DNA of 64,000 nucleotides from the NCBI GenBank assembly GCA_041671365.1, contig JBAZBP010000001.1, forward strand, positions 116,459-180,458, read 5' to 3'. The number at the start of each line of letters is the position of its first letter. The stretch's first letter is position 1. Made by a program: the position numbers and the translations under genes. Under the pieces are notes generated by a model. That model saw nothing but the letters and a program-made list of their open reading frames with translations, did no database searches and was not told the DNA's origin. Positions 25,859 through 36,283 of the stretch are shown piece after piece. The stretch is from Patescibacteria group bacterium. GTDB taxonomy: Bacteria; Patescibacteriota; Patescibacteriia; Patescibacteriales; UBA12465.

Positions 25859-27340
25859 TTAAATAGAATTATTTTTGTTAATCAGGTTTTTTATGGGATC
25901 AAGCGGCAGGGAAACTATAAATCGACTTCCTAGATTAATTTGGCTTTCCACGGTAATGCTGCCGGAAAAATTATGTTCGGTAATATTTTTTACGGAGGCT
26001 AATCCCAATCCCAAACCTCGATCATTTTCGGTTTTAGTGCTAAAAAATGGTTCAAAAATTTTATCTATATTTTCGGCCATAATACCGACGCCCTGGTCAC
26101 TGACTAATATTAAAATTTTATTTTTTTGATTTAATAGTTCAATTTTAATTTCTTTTTTGGAACTATGGTCATTACTTATTTTTATTTGTTCTTCGCTGGC
26201 TTCAATAGCATTAGCCAGTAGATTGATAATGATTTGTCCAAATTTAACAGCATCGCCATAAAACTTTATTATTTCGGTAGAGATAAAATTTATTTGAATT
26301 TTAGCTTGCCGGGCTTTATGAGTTAAAATCTGGATAATTTGTTCAATCTCTTCATTAACGATAAAAACAGTCGGACTGCTTTTTTGTTGAATTTGCTTTT
26401 TGATACCGACAATCAAATTTTCCATTCGATGAGTCGCTAGTAAGGCCTGATCGAGATAAGATTTAGCATTAACTATTTTATCGCCGGCCTCTCCTTTAAT
26501 TTGTTCTAAGTTTAAGGATACGGCCGTTAGGGGGTTAATAAGGTCATGAAAAATACCAGAAGACAGGCGGCCGAATTCGGCCAAGCGATAGAGCTGTATA
26601 ATTTTTTCTTCTTCGGCTTGATGCAGCTGCTTGGTTCGTTCGATTACCTTTATTTCCAGCAACTCATACTCTTCTTGCAATTTTTCTTCGCTTTCGCGGG
26701 CGCTGGCCAGCGCTTGCTTTAAACTGCGTGACAGCAGCCAAATAATCAAGGCGATAACCAGAAGCAATAAGGCATAGATGACGGTGTCGGTGACTTCATT
26801 TTTTTCTGCTCGCCAGTAATCGTTGAATTTTATTAAACTCGTGTGTTGAAAATAAGCCAATAGAATCATAAAAATCCCGATAATGGCGCTACTCATTAAG
26901 ACCGGACCGTCTTCGATTAATAAACCGAATAAACTGATAATTAAAACGGCCAACAGTAAAGAAGTCGGCAAATCCGTTCCCTGGAGGATAAACAAATGAA
27001 ACATCGGAAGAGAATAGGTCGTAATTAACAGCCAAGTGGTAATTTTTATTTGACCTTTTTTAGATAGCCAAAACAAAAAAATTAAAAAAAGAAAAATTAG
27101 ACCAGTATAAATAGGCGGTAAACCGTGTCCCTTGGTACTGGTTGCCCGGTTGATTAATTGAATAAGATTAATCAGAGCAAAGCCGACGATTGAAGAACTT
27201 AAAAGAATATTAAGTAATAATTCCTGGCGGTTTAGATTTTTATCGGGATTTTGGGGCTGAATTAATTTTTTAAAATAATTTTTTATGGATAAGGCGTTTG
27301 TTTGAATGCTAAAAAAGTAGATTTTATTTTTTTTCATCAA
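25859..27340 (-). CDS. Membrane sensor histidine kinase
   Basis: Multi-TM N-terminus. H-box SSGIFHDLINPL. N, G1 and G2 boxes (DQGVGI…GLGLGLA). Confidence 0.8.
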   Translation of the reverse strand: MMKKNKIYFFSIQTNALSIKNYFKKLIQPQNPDKNLNRQELLLNILLSSSIVGFALINLIQLINRATSTKGHGLPPIYTGLIFLFLIFLFWLSKKGQIKITTWLLITTYSLPMFHLFILQGTDLPTSLLLAVLIISLFGLLIEDGPVLMSSAIIGIFMILLAYFQHTSLIKFNDYWRAEKNEVTDTVIYALLLLVIALIIWLLSRSLKQALASARESEEKLQEEYELLEIKVIERTKQLHQAEEEKIIQLYRLAEFGRLSSGIFHDLINPLTAVSLNLEQIKGEAGDKIVNAKSYLDQALLATHRMENLIVGIKKQIQQKSSPTVFIVNEEIEQIIQILTHKARQAKIQINFISTEIIKFYGDAVKFGQIIINLLANAIEASEEQIKISNDHSSKKEIKIELLNQKNKILILVSDQGVGIMAENIDKIFEPFFSTKTENDRGLGLGLASVKNITEHNFSGSITVESQINLGSRFIVSLPLDPIKNLINKNNSI

Positions 27341-27995
27341 TTTTATAGCCTCGATTCGAAACAGTAAAAATTAATTTTTGTTCTTCTGTTTCTAATTTGC
27401 GGCGCAAATTTCTAATATGGACCTCGATGGTATTAGAAAAAGGGTCGGCATTTTCATCCCAAACATGTTCCATTATATCTTGGCGAGACAGAATCAACCC
27501 CTGATGTTTTAATAAATATTCCAACAGAGCAAATTCTTTCGAGGATAAAGCGATTCGACGGCCGCCGCGGGTAACCAAAAATTTATCCGGGTCCAACTCC
27601 AAATCGTTAATTTTTAAAGTATGGCCCTGCCATGACTTTGGTCGGCGCAAAATGACCTTAATACGGGTCAAAAGTTCCGATAAAGCAAAGGGTTTAGAGA
27701 TGTAATCGTCGGCTCCGAGAGTTAATAAATCGATTTTATCGTTTAGTTCGCTGTGGACGGTGAGCATTAAAATAGGCAGGCTTAGCCCCTCGTATCGCAG
27801 TTTTTTAATAATTTCCCGGCCATTCAGCCCGGGCAAGTTGTAGTCCAAGATAATTAAGTCGTAGCTATTAGTACAAGCCAGAAAGTAGCCGTGCTCGCCG
27901 TTGCCGGTCGCGTCTACGGTGTAATTATCGGCTTTAAGTGTCGGCAAGAGAGTACTAACAATATCCTCATCATCTTCCACTAGCAGTAACCTCAT
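27324..27995 (-). CDS. OmpR-family response regulator
   Basis: Receiver domain (LLVEDDEDI…DLIILDYNLPG) plus winged-helix output. Overlaps the kinase start. Confidence 0.85.
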   Translation of the reverse strand: MRLLLVEDDEDIVSTLLPTLKADNYTVDATGNGEHGYFLACTNSYDLIILDYNLPGLNGREIIKKLRYEGLSLPILMLTVHSELNDKIDLLTLGADDYISKPFALSELLTRIKVILRRPKSWQGHTLKINDLELDPDKFLVTRGGRRIALSSKEFALLEYLLKHQGLILSRQDIMEHVWDENADPFSNTIEVHIRNLRRKLETEEQKLIFTVSNRGYKIDEKK

Positions 27996-28177
27996 ATTTT
28001 TGTTTTTATTTTAGCGCAAATTTAAGATTTTTACAATTAATGATAAACCATATTAAATTATAGCAAAAGACCGATAAATAAAATTTAAATTTTTTATAAA
28101 GAAAAAATAAAGACCATAATTTTAGCCGGATAGTACCTTGCCTTTGCTTTCATTTAGCGTTAAAATGCTTAAAAGAT

Positions 28178-30289
28178 ATGAATAAAAAATTCTTCAAAAT
28201 TATTAGAAAAAATAATTTAGTTGAGTCTTTACAGGAGAAGCATAATGATCCTTTTTTGGTTAAAGAAGGACGTTTTCATTTTGGCGGATTAAAAGACTCT
28301 TTTTATTATACTGATTGGACAGAGGAGTCTTTTTTGGCGGATTCCAGCCGTAAAGAAATCGTTAGTCGTTCTTTTAATTTTAATCGGTTAAAATATTTTG
28401 TTTTGCTTATCATGGTTGGTTTAGCTTTTTTAATTATTAGAGCTTTCTGGCTGCAAGTGGCCAAAAATAATTATTATAGCTTACTATCGGAAAATAATCG
28501 TTTACGCCTGGAAACAATTGAGCCGAGGAGAGGCATTATTTACACTCGTGATTTGCAGCCCTTGGTGCGCAATAAAGCCAATTTTGTGTTATATTTTAAA
28601 CCGATAGACCTACCCTCTATCGAGTTAGTACGTGACGATTTATTGCGACAAATCAGTAGAATTCTATCGGGAGAATCAACGGCGACCGGCAGCGCGCCAA
28701 TCAATATTAGTACGTCATCAGTTAGCGTGACGACCGATAATGATATTTTTTATAAATTAAAAGATGTGCTTTCTCGGGTTAGATTAGGATCCTTAGAGTC
28801 TTATCAACCACTTTTTGTGGTCGATAATATTGATTATGATAAGGCAATGTTAATTAATTTAGAGCTACCGAATTGGCCCGGAGTTTTTTTGTCCAGTAAA
28901 ATACGACGTGAATATCTTTTGCCAAGTGCCACCTCAAGCCCTATAGTTTTAAGTGATAGTACTTTTTCTCATATTTTAGGTTATACAGGAAAAATCACTA
29001 CTACGGAATTAGAAAAGTTGAGCGGTGATTATTCGTTAGTGGACTATGTAGGAAAGACGGGGATCGAATATTCTTGGGAAAAGGAATTGAAAGGTTTACC
29101 CGGAAGCAGAAACATTGAAGTAGACGCTTTGGGTCGTCAGAAAAAAATTGTTAGTGAGACGCCGGCCATTGATGGAAATAATTTACAATTATCTTTAGAT
29201 TTTAATCTTCAAGAGCAAGCGGAGAAAATTACCAAAACTTATTTAGATAAAGCCGGGTTGAAACGCGCCACGGTTGTTATGATGAATCCTAATAATGGAG
29301 AAATTTTAGCCTTGGTTAGTTTGCCGGCTTATAATAATAATTTGTTCGCTCGTGGTATCAATCAAACCGAATATAATCAATTTTTGGATAACCCTGATCG
29401 GCCTTTATTTAACCGAGCAATCAGTGGAGAGTTTCCCTCCGGCTCGACAATTAAGCCAATTTTTGCCGCCGGTGCGTTGCAAGAAAAAATTATAACTGAA
29501 ACCACCAGTGTTTTAAGTAATGGAGGTTTGCACATTGGGCAATGGTTTTATCCGGACTGGAAAGCCGGCGGACATGGTTTAACCGATGTTAAAAAAGCCT
29601 TAGCTTTATCAGTAAATACTTTTTTCTATTATATTGGCGGTGGGTATAAAGATTTTAAAGGATTGGGCGTGGACGGTTTAGCTAAATATGCTCAACTTTT
29701 TGGTTTAGGCCAAGCAACTGGGGTTGACTTACCGGGAGAAAGACCTGGTTTTGTGCCTACCGCGGCCTGGAAGGAGCAAATAAAAAAAGAATCTTGGTAT
29801 ATTGGGGACACTTATCATTTCGCCATTGGACAGGGCGATGTTCTGGTTACACCGCTTCAGGTCGCTAATTATACTGCGGCCATTGCTAACGGCGGAATTC
29901 TATATGAGCCGCATCTGGTTAGTAAAATTTTAAGTCCGGATAACCAGGTAGTAAAAAATATTCAGCCGTTAGTAATTCGTCGTAATTTTATTGACTCCGC
30001 TAATTTACAAATTGTTCGCGCCGGGATGCGTCAAACTATTACCGGAGGCAGTGGCGTAGCGTTGAATTATTTGCCGGTAGCCGTAGCTGGAAAAACCGGC
30101 ACAGCTCAATGGTCAACCACAAAAGCTCCGCATGCCTGGTTTATTGGTTTCGCGCCCTATGATAATCCGCAAATAGTCATTACTGTTCTGGTTGAAGAAG
30201 GAATTGAAGGCAGCGCAATTTCTACACAAATATCCAGAGATATTTTAAATTGGTATTTTACTTATGATCAGCCAATAAATATAAAATAA
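28178..30289 (+). CDS. Penicillin-binding protein 2 / class B transpeptidase
   Basis: SGSTIKP (SxxK), SxN and KTGTAQ motifs. N-terminal TM anchor. Confidence 0.85.
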   Translation: MNKKFFKIIRKNNLVESLQEKHNDPFLVKEGRFHFGGLKDSFYYTDWTEESFLADSSRKEIVSRSFNFNRLKYFVLLIMVGLAFLIIRAFWLQVAKNNYYSLLSENNRLRLETIEPRRGIIYTRDLQPLVRNKANFVLYFKPIDLPSIELVRDDLLRQISRILSGESTATGSAPINISTSSVSVTTDNDIFYKLKDVLSRVRLGSLESYQPLFVVDNIDYDKAMLINLELPNWPGVFLSSKIRREYLLPSATSSPIVLSDSTFSHILGYTGKITTTELEKLSGDYSLVDYVGKTGIEYSWEKELKGLPGSRNIEVDALGRQKKIVSETPAIDGNNLQLSLDFNLQEQAEKITKTYLDKAGLKRATVVMMNPNNGEILALVSLPAYNNNLFARGINQTEYNQFLDNPDRPLFNRAISGEFPSGSTIKPIFAAGALQEKIITETTSVLSNGGLHIGQWFYPDWKAGGHGLTDVKKALALSVNTFFYYIGGGYKDFKGLGVDGLAKYAQLFGLGQATGVDLPGERPGFVPTAAWKEQIKKESWYIGDTYHFAIGQGDVLVTPLQVANYTAAIANGGILYEPHLVSKILSPDNQVVKNIQPLVIRRNFIDSANLQIVRAGMRQTITGGSGVALNYLPVAVAGKTGTAQWSTTKAPHAWFIGFAPYDNPQIVITVLVEEGIEGSAISTQISRDILNWYFTYDQPINIK

Positions 30290-30327
30290 TCTAAATTATT
30301 TAAATAATAGCCATAAAACAGACCAAA

Positions 30328-30354
30328 TTAGCACTCTCTTGACTTGAGTGCTAA
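30328..30354 (+). promoter_or_regulatory. CIRCE operator (HrcA binding site) upstream of hrcA
   Basis: TTAGCACTC-N9-GAGTGCTAA perfect inverted repeat. Confidence 0.85.
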
Positions 30355-30367
30355 TTTCGTTTATAAT
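30339..30367 (+). promoter_or_regulatory. Sigma70-like promoter overlapping the CIRCE element
   Basis: TTGACT, 17 nt, TATAAT. Confidence 0.5.
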
Positions 30368-30414
30368 ATATTCAGTTATATTTTTAATATTTTGATGAGT
30401 CAGCGCAAAATTAA

Positions 30415-31107
30415 ATGATTTCTGAACGTAAAAAATTTTTATTATTTACCCTTATTAAAGAATATGTTAAAACTGCTCAGCCGGTTTCTTCGGGCGGGCT
30501 GGTTGATAAATATAAATTAGATGTTTCTCCGGCGACGGTACGCAACGAGATGATGGAACTGGAGGATGAGGGTTATATTTATCAGCCTCATACTTCCGCC
30601 GGACGCGTTCCCACTGAAATTGCTTATGAATTATTTTTAATCGATTTAAAAGAAAACCATAAAAACAAAGAATTAAAAGAGCTAGAGTTGAAAAATTTAG
30701 AGCGTATATTTAAACGCGAGGAAGCAGCCTACAAACAGACAGCCAAGACAATTGCTGAATTATCCAGCGCCGCTGTTTTTTGGGCCTTCCATAAAAATGA
30801 TTTATATTATACCGGTTTGGCTAATTTATTTGCTCATCCGGAATTTAAACAGGTTGATGCTGTTTGCGATGTTTCCGAAGTGATTGATCGTTTAGACGAA
30901 ATTATCGATGATGTTTTTGAAAAATTGGTGGACGGCCAGCAAGTTTTAGTTGGTACTAAAAATCCTTTTGGAAATTTTTTAAGTACAGTTTTAGTTAAAT
31001 ATAAAAATAATAATCAGAGCGCTATTTTTGGAATTATCGGACCGATGCGCATGGATTATGGTCATAATTTAGCGCTGGTGGAGTTTATTAAAAATAAATT
31101 TGAATAA
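30415..31107 (+). CDS. hrcA: Heat-inducible transcription repressor HrcA (short form)
   Basis: N-terminal wHTH …LLFTLIKEYVKTAQPVSSGGLVDKYKLDVSPATVRNEMMELEDEGYIYQPHTSAGRVPT… Preceded by a CIRCE element. Confidence 0.8.
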   Translation: MISERKKFLLFTLIKEYVKTAQPVSSGGLVDKYKLDVSPATVRNEMMELEDEGYIYQPHTSAGRVPTEIAYELFLIDLKENHKNKELKELELKNLERIFKREEAAYKQTAKTIAELSSAAVFWAFHKNDLYYTGLANLFAHPEFKQVDAVCDVSEVIDRLDEIIDDVFEKLVDGQQVLVGTKNPFGNFLSTVLVKYKNNNQSAIFGIIGPMRMDYGHNLALVEFIKNKFE

Positions 31108-31115
31108 GTATTCTT

Positions 31116-31733
31116 ATGAATAAGTTAAAAAAAGGAATCTATCGTCATTATAAAGGAGGCGAATACCGGATTGTCGGAGAAGCGCGATCGACGGTTGATG
31201 ACCAGGAAAAAATGGTAGTTTATGAAAGCCTTAAGGATAGTCAAATTTGGCTTCGTTCCGTTCAGGAATTTTTAAGCGAAGTAGAAGTGGCCGGAGAAAA
31301 AAAACCGCGCTTTGAATGGCTGCGAGAAGAGGAAATGGCTGACTGGGAGTCTAAATATAAAAGAGCTTTGGCCGATTATCATAATTTACTTAAGCAGACT
31401 ACTCGCGAAAAACAAGATTTTATTAAATATGCTTTAACTGATATTTTACAAGATATCTTACCAATTTATGATCATTTAAAAATGTCTTTATCCGGTTTAA
31501 GCGAAGAGGAGGCCGAGAATGCTTGGGTGGTAGGAGTTAAACATGTTTTAAAACAATTTAAAGAAGTTTTGGCTACGCGTGGGGTTGAAGAAATAATGAC
31601 CATTGGCGTTAAGTTTGACCATAATACCATGGAGGCATTAGACGGTACTGGTGAAAATATTAAGCAAGAAGTGTTGCCTGGTTATAAATTGAATGGTCGA
31701 GTTATTCGTCCGGCTAAAGTTATAGTAGAATAA
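31116..31733 (+). CDS. grpE: GrpE nucleotide-exchange factor with N-terminal DUF1653 domain (fusion)
   Basis: Residues 1-70, GIYRHYKGGEYRIVGEARSTVDDQEKMVVYESLKDSQIWLRSVQEFLSEVEVAGEKKPRFEWL, fit the DUF1653 pattern. The C-terminal …DILPIYDHLKMSL…GVKFDHNTMEAL…GYKLNGRVIRPAKVIV is the GrpE four-helix bundle plus beta domain. Located between hrcA and dnaK. Confidence 0.8.
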   Translation: MNKLKKGIYRHYKGGEYRIVGEARSTVDDQEKMVVYESLKDSQIWLRSVQEFLSEVEVAGEKKPRFEWLREEEMADWESKYKRALADYHNLLKQTTREKQDFIKYALTDILQDILPIYDHLKMSLSGLSEEEAENAWVVGVKHVLKQFKEVLATRGVEEIMTIGVKFDHNTMEALDGTGENIKQEVLPGYKLNGRVIRPAKVIVE

Positions 31734-31821
31734 GATTATTTTTTAAGAAAACAATAATTATTTATTTTTTCTGACATCTACCTGGCTTTAAGCTAAGTTT
31801 TTCAGAAAAAAATATAAAACT

Positions 31822-32256
31822 ATGTCACTTATAAAATGGACCCCATTTTTTTCGGAAATAGACGACTTGGAAAAAAGCATGGAATCTATGTTGCCCAGTC
31901 TTCATGGCAATCAGTTTGGTTTTACGCCCGCTGTTGATATGTACGAAGATAAAAACAATATTATTATTGAAACTCAGCTGGGAGGCATTGATCCGGAAAA
32001 AGTTGATATTTCTATCGAAAATAATACTTTGTCGATTAAAGGTGAAAGCGAGAAGAAAAGTGAAGTTGATGAAAAGAATTATTATCGTAAAGAAATTCGT
32101 CGCGGCTCTTTTTATCGGACCATTCCTTTGCCGATAAAGGTTGACGGCGCTCAAGCCTCGGCTGTTAATGAGGACGGTATTTTAAAAATTACCGTGCCCA
32201 AAGCTCCGGAGACAAAAACTCAAACAATTAAAATTCAAAATAAAAATAAAAATTAA
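31822..32256 (+). CDS. Small heat shock protein, Hsp20/alpha-crystallin family
   Basis: ACD core …PAVDMYEDKNNIIIETQLGGIDPEKVDISIENNTLSIKGE…GILKITVPK. Confidence 0.85.
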   Translation: MSLIKWTPFFSEIDDLEKSMESMLPSLHGNQFGFTPAVDMYEDKNNIIIETQLGGIDPEKVDISIENNTLSIKGESEKKSEVDEKNYYRKEIRRGSFYRTIPLPIKVDGAQASAVNEDGILKITVPKAPETKTQTIKIQNKNKN

Positions 32257-32274
32257 ATTATAAATAAAAACATT

Positions 32275-34206
32275 ATGTCAAAAATTTTAGGAATTGATTT
32301 AGGAACAACCAACTCGGCCATGGCCATCATGGAGGGCGGCGTACCAAAAATTATCGAAAATATCGAAGGTAACCGTACCACTCCGTCCGTCGTGGCAATA
32401 TCTAAAAATGGTGAACGAATTGTTGGTTCGGCCGCCAAACGCCAGGCCGTGATTAATCCGGAAAATACGGTTTATGCGGTTAAACGTTTAATCGGCCGTC
32501 ATTTCGGTGAAGACGAAGTACAGCGAGATCTCAAATCCGTGCCTTATAAAATTTTGCAGGCCGGAGAAGGCGTGAAAGTAAAAATGGGCGATAAAGATTA
32601 TAGTCCGCAGGAAATTTCGGCCATGATTTTATCTAAATTAAAAGCGGATGCCGAAGTTAAATTGGGTGAAAAAATTACGGAAGCGATTATTACTGTCCCG
32701 GCCTATTTTAACGATTCGCAACGTCAGGCGACTAAAGATGCGGGCGCTATTGCCGGGCTGGATGTTAAACGGATTATTAACGAACCGACGGCCGCGGCTC
32801 TAGCTTATGGTTTTGATAAAAAACAGGGTCAAAAAATTGTAGTTTATGATTTAGGCGGCGGGACTTTTGATGTTTCGGTTTTGGATATTTCGGCTGATAC
32901 CGTCGAAGTTAAAGCGACTAATGGCGATACGCATTTAGGCGGCGAAGATTTTGATCAACGAATTATTACTTGGATTATTGAAGAATTTAAAAAAGACCAG
33001 GGTCTGGATTTGTCTAAAGACACCTTAGCTTTACAGCGAATTAAGGAATCGGCCGAAAAAGCCAAAATTGAATTATCTACGGCACAAGAAACAGAAATTA
33101 ATCAGCCATTTATTTCTACCGATGCTAACGGTCCGAAGCATTTAGTAATGAAGCTTTCTCGGGCGAAATTAGAGGCATTAATCGGAGATTTAGTTGAGAA
33201 AACTATTGAACCGTGCAAAAAAGCTTTAGCTGATTCCGGTTTTAAATTGGCGGATATTAATGAAGTCCTGATGGTTGGCGGTATGACTCGTATGCCCCTA
33301 GTTCTGCAGAAAGTAAAAGATTTCTTTGGTAAAGAACCGAATTTAAGTGTTAATCCGGATGAAGTGGTCGCTCTAGGAGCCGCCGTTCAGGCCGGAGTCC
33401 TTCAGGGAGACGTTAAGGACGTTTTATTATTAGATGTTACCCCCCTAACTTTAGGAATTGAAACGATGGGATCGGTGGCCACCCCTTTAATAGAGAGAAA
33501 TACAACCATTCCGACCTCCAAGTCACAGGTTTTTTCGACGGCGGCCGATGGTCAAACTGCGGTTGATATTCATATTGTTCAAGGCGAACGTCCGATGGCC
33601 GGCGACAATAAAACTTTGGGCCGGTTTATGTTAGACGGTATTCCGGCGGCACCGCGCGGTATTCCGCAAGTTGAAGTTAAATTCGATATTGATGCTAACG
33701 GTATTTTAAATGTTTCGGCGACCGATAAAGCGACCGGTAAACAACAAAAAATTACGATCACTTCTTCTTCCGGCTTATCGAAAGAAGAAATTGAAAAAAT
33801 GAAGAAAGAGGCGGAGCTGCACGCCGAAGAAGACAAGAAAAAGAAAGAGGAGGCGGAAGTCAAAAATTCAGCCGATGCAGTTTTATTTACGATGGACAAA
33901 ATGTTAAAAGAATCCGGCGACAAAATGAAACCGGAAGATAAAAAAGACATGGAGGATAAGGCCGCCGCGCTTAAAAAAGCTAAGGAAGCCGGCGATTTAG
34001 AGGACATAAAAAAGAAAATGGAGGAATTAAATACGGTGGCTCAGAAAATAGGAGCGGCGATGTATCAACAGCCGGGAGCAAACGCCTCCGAAGCGGGAGC
34101 AACCGGAAACATGGGGGCCGATCAAGCCGACGCCAACGCCGGTACCGGATCGAGCAACAAAAAAGATGATAATGTGGTCGAGGGAGAAGTTGAAGAAAAG
34201 AAGTAG
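32275..34206 (+). CDS. dnaK: Chaperone DnaK (Hsp70)
   Basis: [18 protein letters not shown] and [13 protein letters not shown] signatures. Confidence 0.97.
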   Translation: MSKILGIDLGTTNSAMAIMEGGVPKIIENIEGNRTTPSVVAISKNGERIVGSAAKRQAVINPENTVYAVKRLIGRHFGEDEVQRDLKSVPYKILQAGEGVKVKMGDKDYSPQEISAMILSKLKADAEVKLGEKITEAIITVPAYFNDSQRQATKDAGAIAGLDVKRIINEPTAAALAYGFDKKQGQKIVVYDLGGGTFDVSVLDISADTVEVKATNGDTHLGGEDFDQRIITWIIEEFKKDQGLDLSKDTLALQRIKESAEKAKIELSTAQETEINQPFISTDANGPKHLVMKLSRAKLEALIGDLVEKTIEPCKKALADSGFKLADINEVLMVGGMTRMPLVLQKVKDFFGKEPNLSVNPDEVVALGAAVQAGVLQGDVKDVLLLDVTPLTLGIETMGSVATPLIERNTTIPTSKSQVFSTAADGQTAVDIHIVQGERPMAGDNKTLGRFMLDGIPAAPRGIPQVEVKFDIDANGILNVSATDKATGKQQKITITSSSGLSKEEIEKMKKEAELHAEEDKKKKEEAEVKNSADAVLFTMDKMLKESGDKMKPEDKKDMEDKAAALKKAKEAGDLEDIKKKMEELNTVAQKIGAAMYQQPGANASEAGATGNMGADQADANAGTGSSNKKDDNVVEGEVEEKK

Positions 34207-34237
34207 GTTTTATTCTTAACCAGCGTAAGAAATTTCT

Positions 34238-35320
34238 ATGTCCAAAGATTACTATGATATTTTAGGCGTTTCTAAAAGCGCCACGCCCGATGAAATAAAA
34301 ACAGCTTTTCGAAAAAAGGCCCACGAATATCATCCGGACAAAGGTGGTAATGCCGAAAAATTTAAAGAGATTAATGAAGCTAATCAGGTTTTGGGTAATC
34401 CAGAAAAAAGAAAGCAATATGACCAGTTTGGTTCTGCTTTTCAGAATGGCCAGGCCGGCGGCGGTTTTAGTGGTGGTGGATTTTCCGGATTCCAGAATGG
34501 CGGCGGATTTAATATGGACTTTGAAGATTTGGGTGATATGTTCGGCGGTTTTGGCGATATTTTTGGTTTTGGCGGCGGAAAACAAAATACTAAACGTCAA
34601 ACCCGCGGCCATGATTTAGAGATGAATGTATCTTTGGATTTTATGGATGCAGTTTCTGGAACGGAAAAAGAAATTAGTTTTTCTAAAAATATTGTTTGTA
34701 GTCGCTGCCAGGCCAGCGGTGCGGAACCCGGATCTAAAATCGAAATTTGTAAAAATTGTAACGGTTCCGGTCGAGTAACGCGTTTACAGCGAACAATTCT
34801 AGGCAATATTCAGACGCAATCAGTTTGCACTTATTGCGACGGTGAAGGGAAAACGTATGATAAAAAATGTTCGAGATGCGAAGGAACGGGAGTACATCGC
34901 GAACAAGTTAAAATTAAAGTTCGCGTGCCGGCCGGAATTAATGATGGAGAATCTATTAGATTAAGCGGCCAAGGCGAAGCCGGACAAAAGGGGTCTGAGG
35001 CCGGTGATTTATATTTGCGTATCAAGTTACAAGCACACCGGAAATTTAAGCGTCACGGTTATGATATTAATACGGAAGAGATTATTAATATTAGTCAGGC
35101 GATTTTAGGCGATAAAATTGAGATTGAAACGGTGCATGGTCCGGTAAAATTAAAAATTCCCGAAGGCACGCAATCCGGGACAATATTTAAGCTTAAGGGA
35201 AAGGGGATGGTTAAATTACACAGTCAAGGAACGGGCGATCAATTTACTAAAATAATCGTTAAAATTCCGATTGGATTGAATAAGAAACAGAAGCAATTAT
35301 TAGCCGAGCTTAATTTATAG
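34238..35320 (+). CDS. dnaJ: Co-chaperone DnaJ
   Basis: J-domain with HPD (EYHPDKG). G/F-rich region. Four CxxCxGxG zinc-finger repeats. Confidence 0.95.
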   Translation: MSKDYYDILGVSKSATPDEIKTAFRKKAHEYHPDKGGNAEKFKEINEANQVLGNPEKRKQYDQFGSAFQNGQAGGGFSGGGFSGFQNGGGFNMDFEDLGDMFGGFGDIFGFGGGKQNTKRQTRGHDLEMNVSLDFMDAVSGTEKEISFSKNIVCSRCQASGAEPGSKIEICKNCNGSGRVTRLQRTILGNIQTQSVCTYCDGEGKTYDKKCSRCEGTGVHREQVKIKVRVPAGINDGESIRLSGQGEAGQKGSEAGDLYLRIKLQAHRKFKRHGYDINTEEIINISQAILGDKIEIETVHGPVKLKIPEGTQSGTIFKLKGKGMVKLHSQGTGDQFTKIIVKIPIGLNKKQKQLLAELNL

Positions 35321-35351
35321 TATTCATTTTATAGGATCCATTATAATTTTT

Positions 35352-36203
35352 ATGTTTATTGATACTCATGCCCATGTTAATTTCGCTGCTTTTAAAGATG
35401 ATGCCGATGAAGTTATTCGTCGGTCTTTAGCCAATGACACTTGGATGGTTTTGGTTGGTTCGGAGTTAAAAACCTCGAATCGAGCTTTAGATTACGCCAA
35501 TAAATATGAAAAAGGCGTTTATGCGGCGATTGGCTTACATCCGGTTCATTTGGAAGAAGGTTTGGTTGATACCGGAGAAGAGGGTGGTACTTCGGGATTT
35601 ATTACTCGGGCCGAAGAATTTGATTATGGTAGCTATGAAAAAATTGCTAAGTTTGAAAAAGTGGTGGCGATTGGTGAAATCGGTTTAGATTATTATCATT
35701 TAAACCCCACCAAAGATTTAGTGGCGATTAAAAAGAAACAGCAGGAAGTTTTGGCTCAGCAATTATTATTAGCTCGAAGCCTTAATTTGCCGGTAATTAT
35801 TCATTGTCGTCAGGCCCATGACGACCTACTCCCGCTTTTACAAGAATTTAAGAATGAATATGGTCATTTAATAACGAATAATAAACCCTGGGGAGTAATT
35901 CATTGTTTTTCCGGCGATGAGGATTTGGCGTGGAAATATTTTAAATTAGGATTACTGATTTCTTTTACCGGTTTGATTACTTTCAGTAAACAGTGGGATG
36001 ATTTGATTAGAAAAATTCCTTTAGATAAGTTGATGATTGAAACGGATACGCCCTATATGACTCCCGAACCTTATCGCGGCCAGCGCAACGAACCTTTGTT
36101 GGTTCAATACGTAGCTAATCGAATTGCCGATATCAGGGGAATTAAGCCGGAAAAGGTGGCTGAAGTAACCACCGCTACGGCTCGAAATTTTTTTCAAATT
36201 TAA
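35352..36203 (+). CDS. tatD: TatD-family metal-dependent hydrolase (DNase)
   Basis: MFIDTHAHVNF…IGEIGLDYY…IHCR…HCFSG… TatD motifs. Confidence 0.85.
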   Translation: MFIDTHAHVNFAAFKDDADEVIRRSLANDTWMVLVGSELKTSNRALDYANKYEKGVYAAIGLHPVHLEEGLVDTGEEGGTSGFITRAEEFDYGSYEKIAKFEKVVAIGEIGLDYYHLNPTKDLVAIKKKQQEVLAQQLLLARSLNLPVIIHCRQAHDDLLPLLQEFKNEYGHLITNNKPWGVIHCFSGDEDLAWKYFKLGLLISFTGLITFSKQWDDLIRKIPLDKLMIETDTPYMTPEPYRGQRNEPLLVQYVANRIADIRGIKPEKVAEVTTATARNFFQI

Positions 36204-36226
36204 GTTAGAAATAAAAAATTAGAGGG

Positions 36227-36255
36227 TTGACACTTAAGGTTTTTTGCGTTATAAA
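36227..36255 (+). promoter_or_regulatory. Sigma70-like promoter of the ATP synthase operon
   Basis: TTGACA, 17 nt, TATAAA. Lies 30 nt upstream of the atpZ start. Confidence 0.55.
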
Positions 36256-36283
36256 AAAGATAGTTTAGATATTTTAGCCCGAG

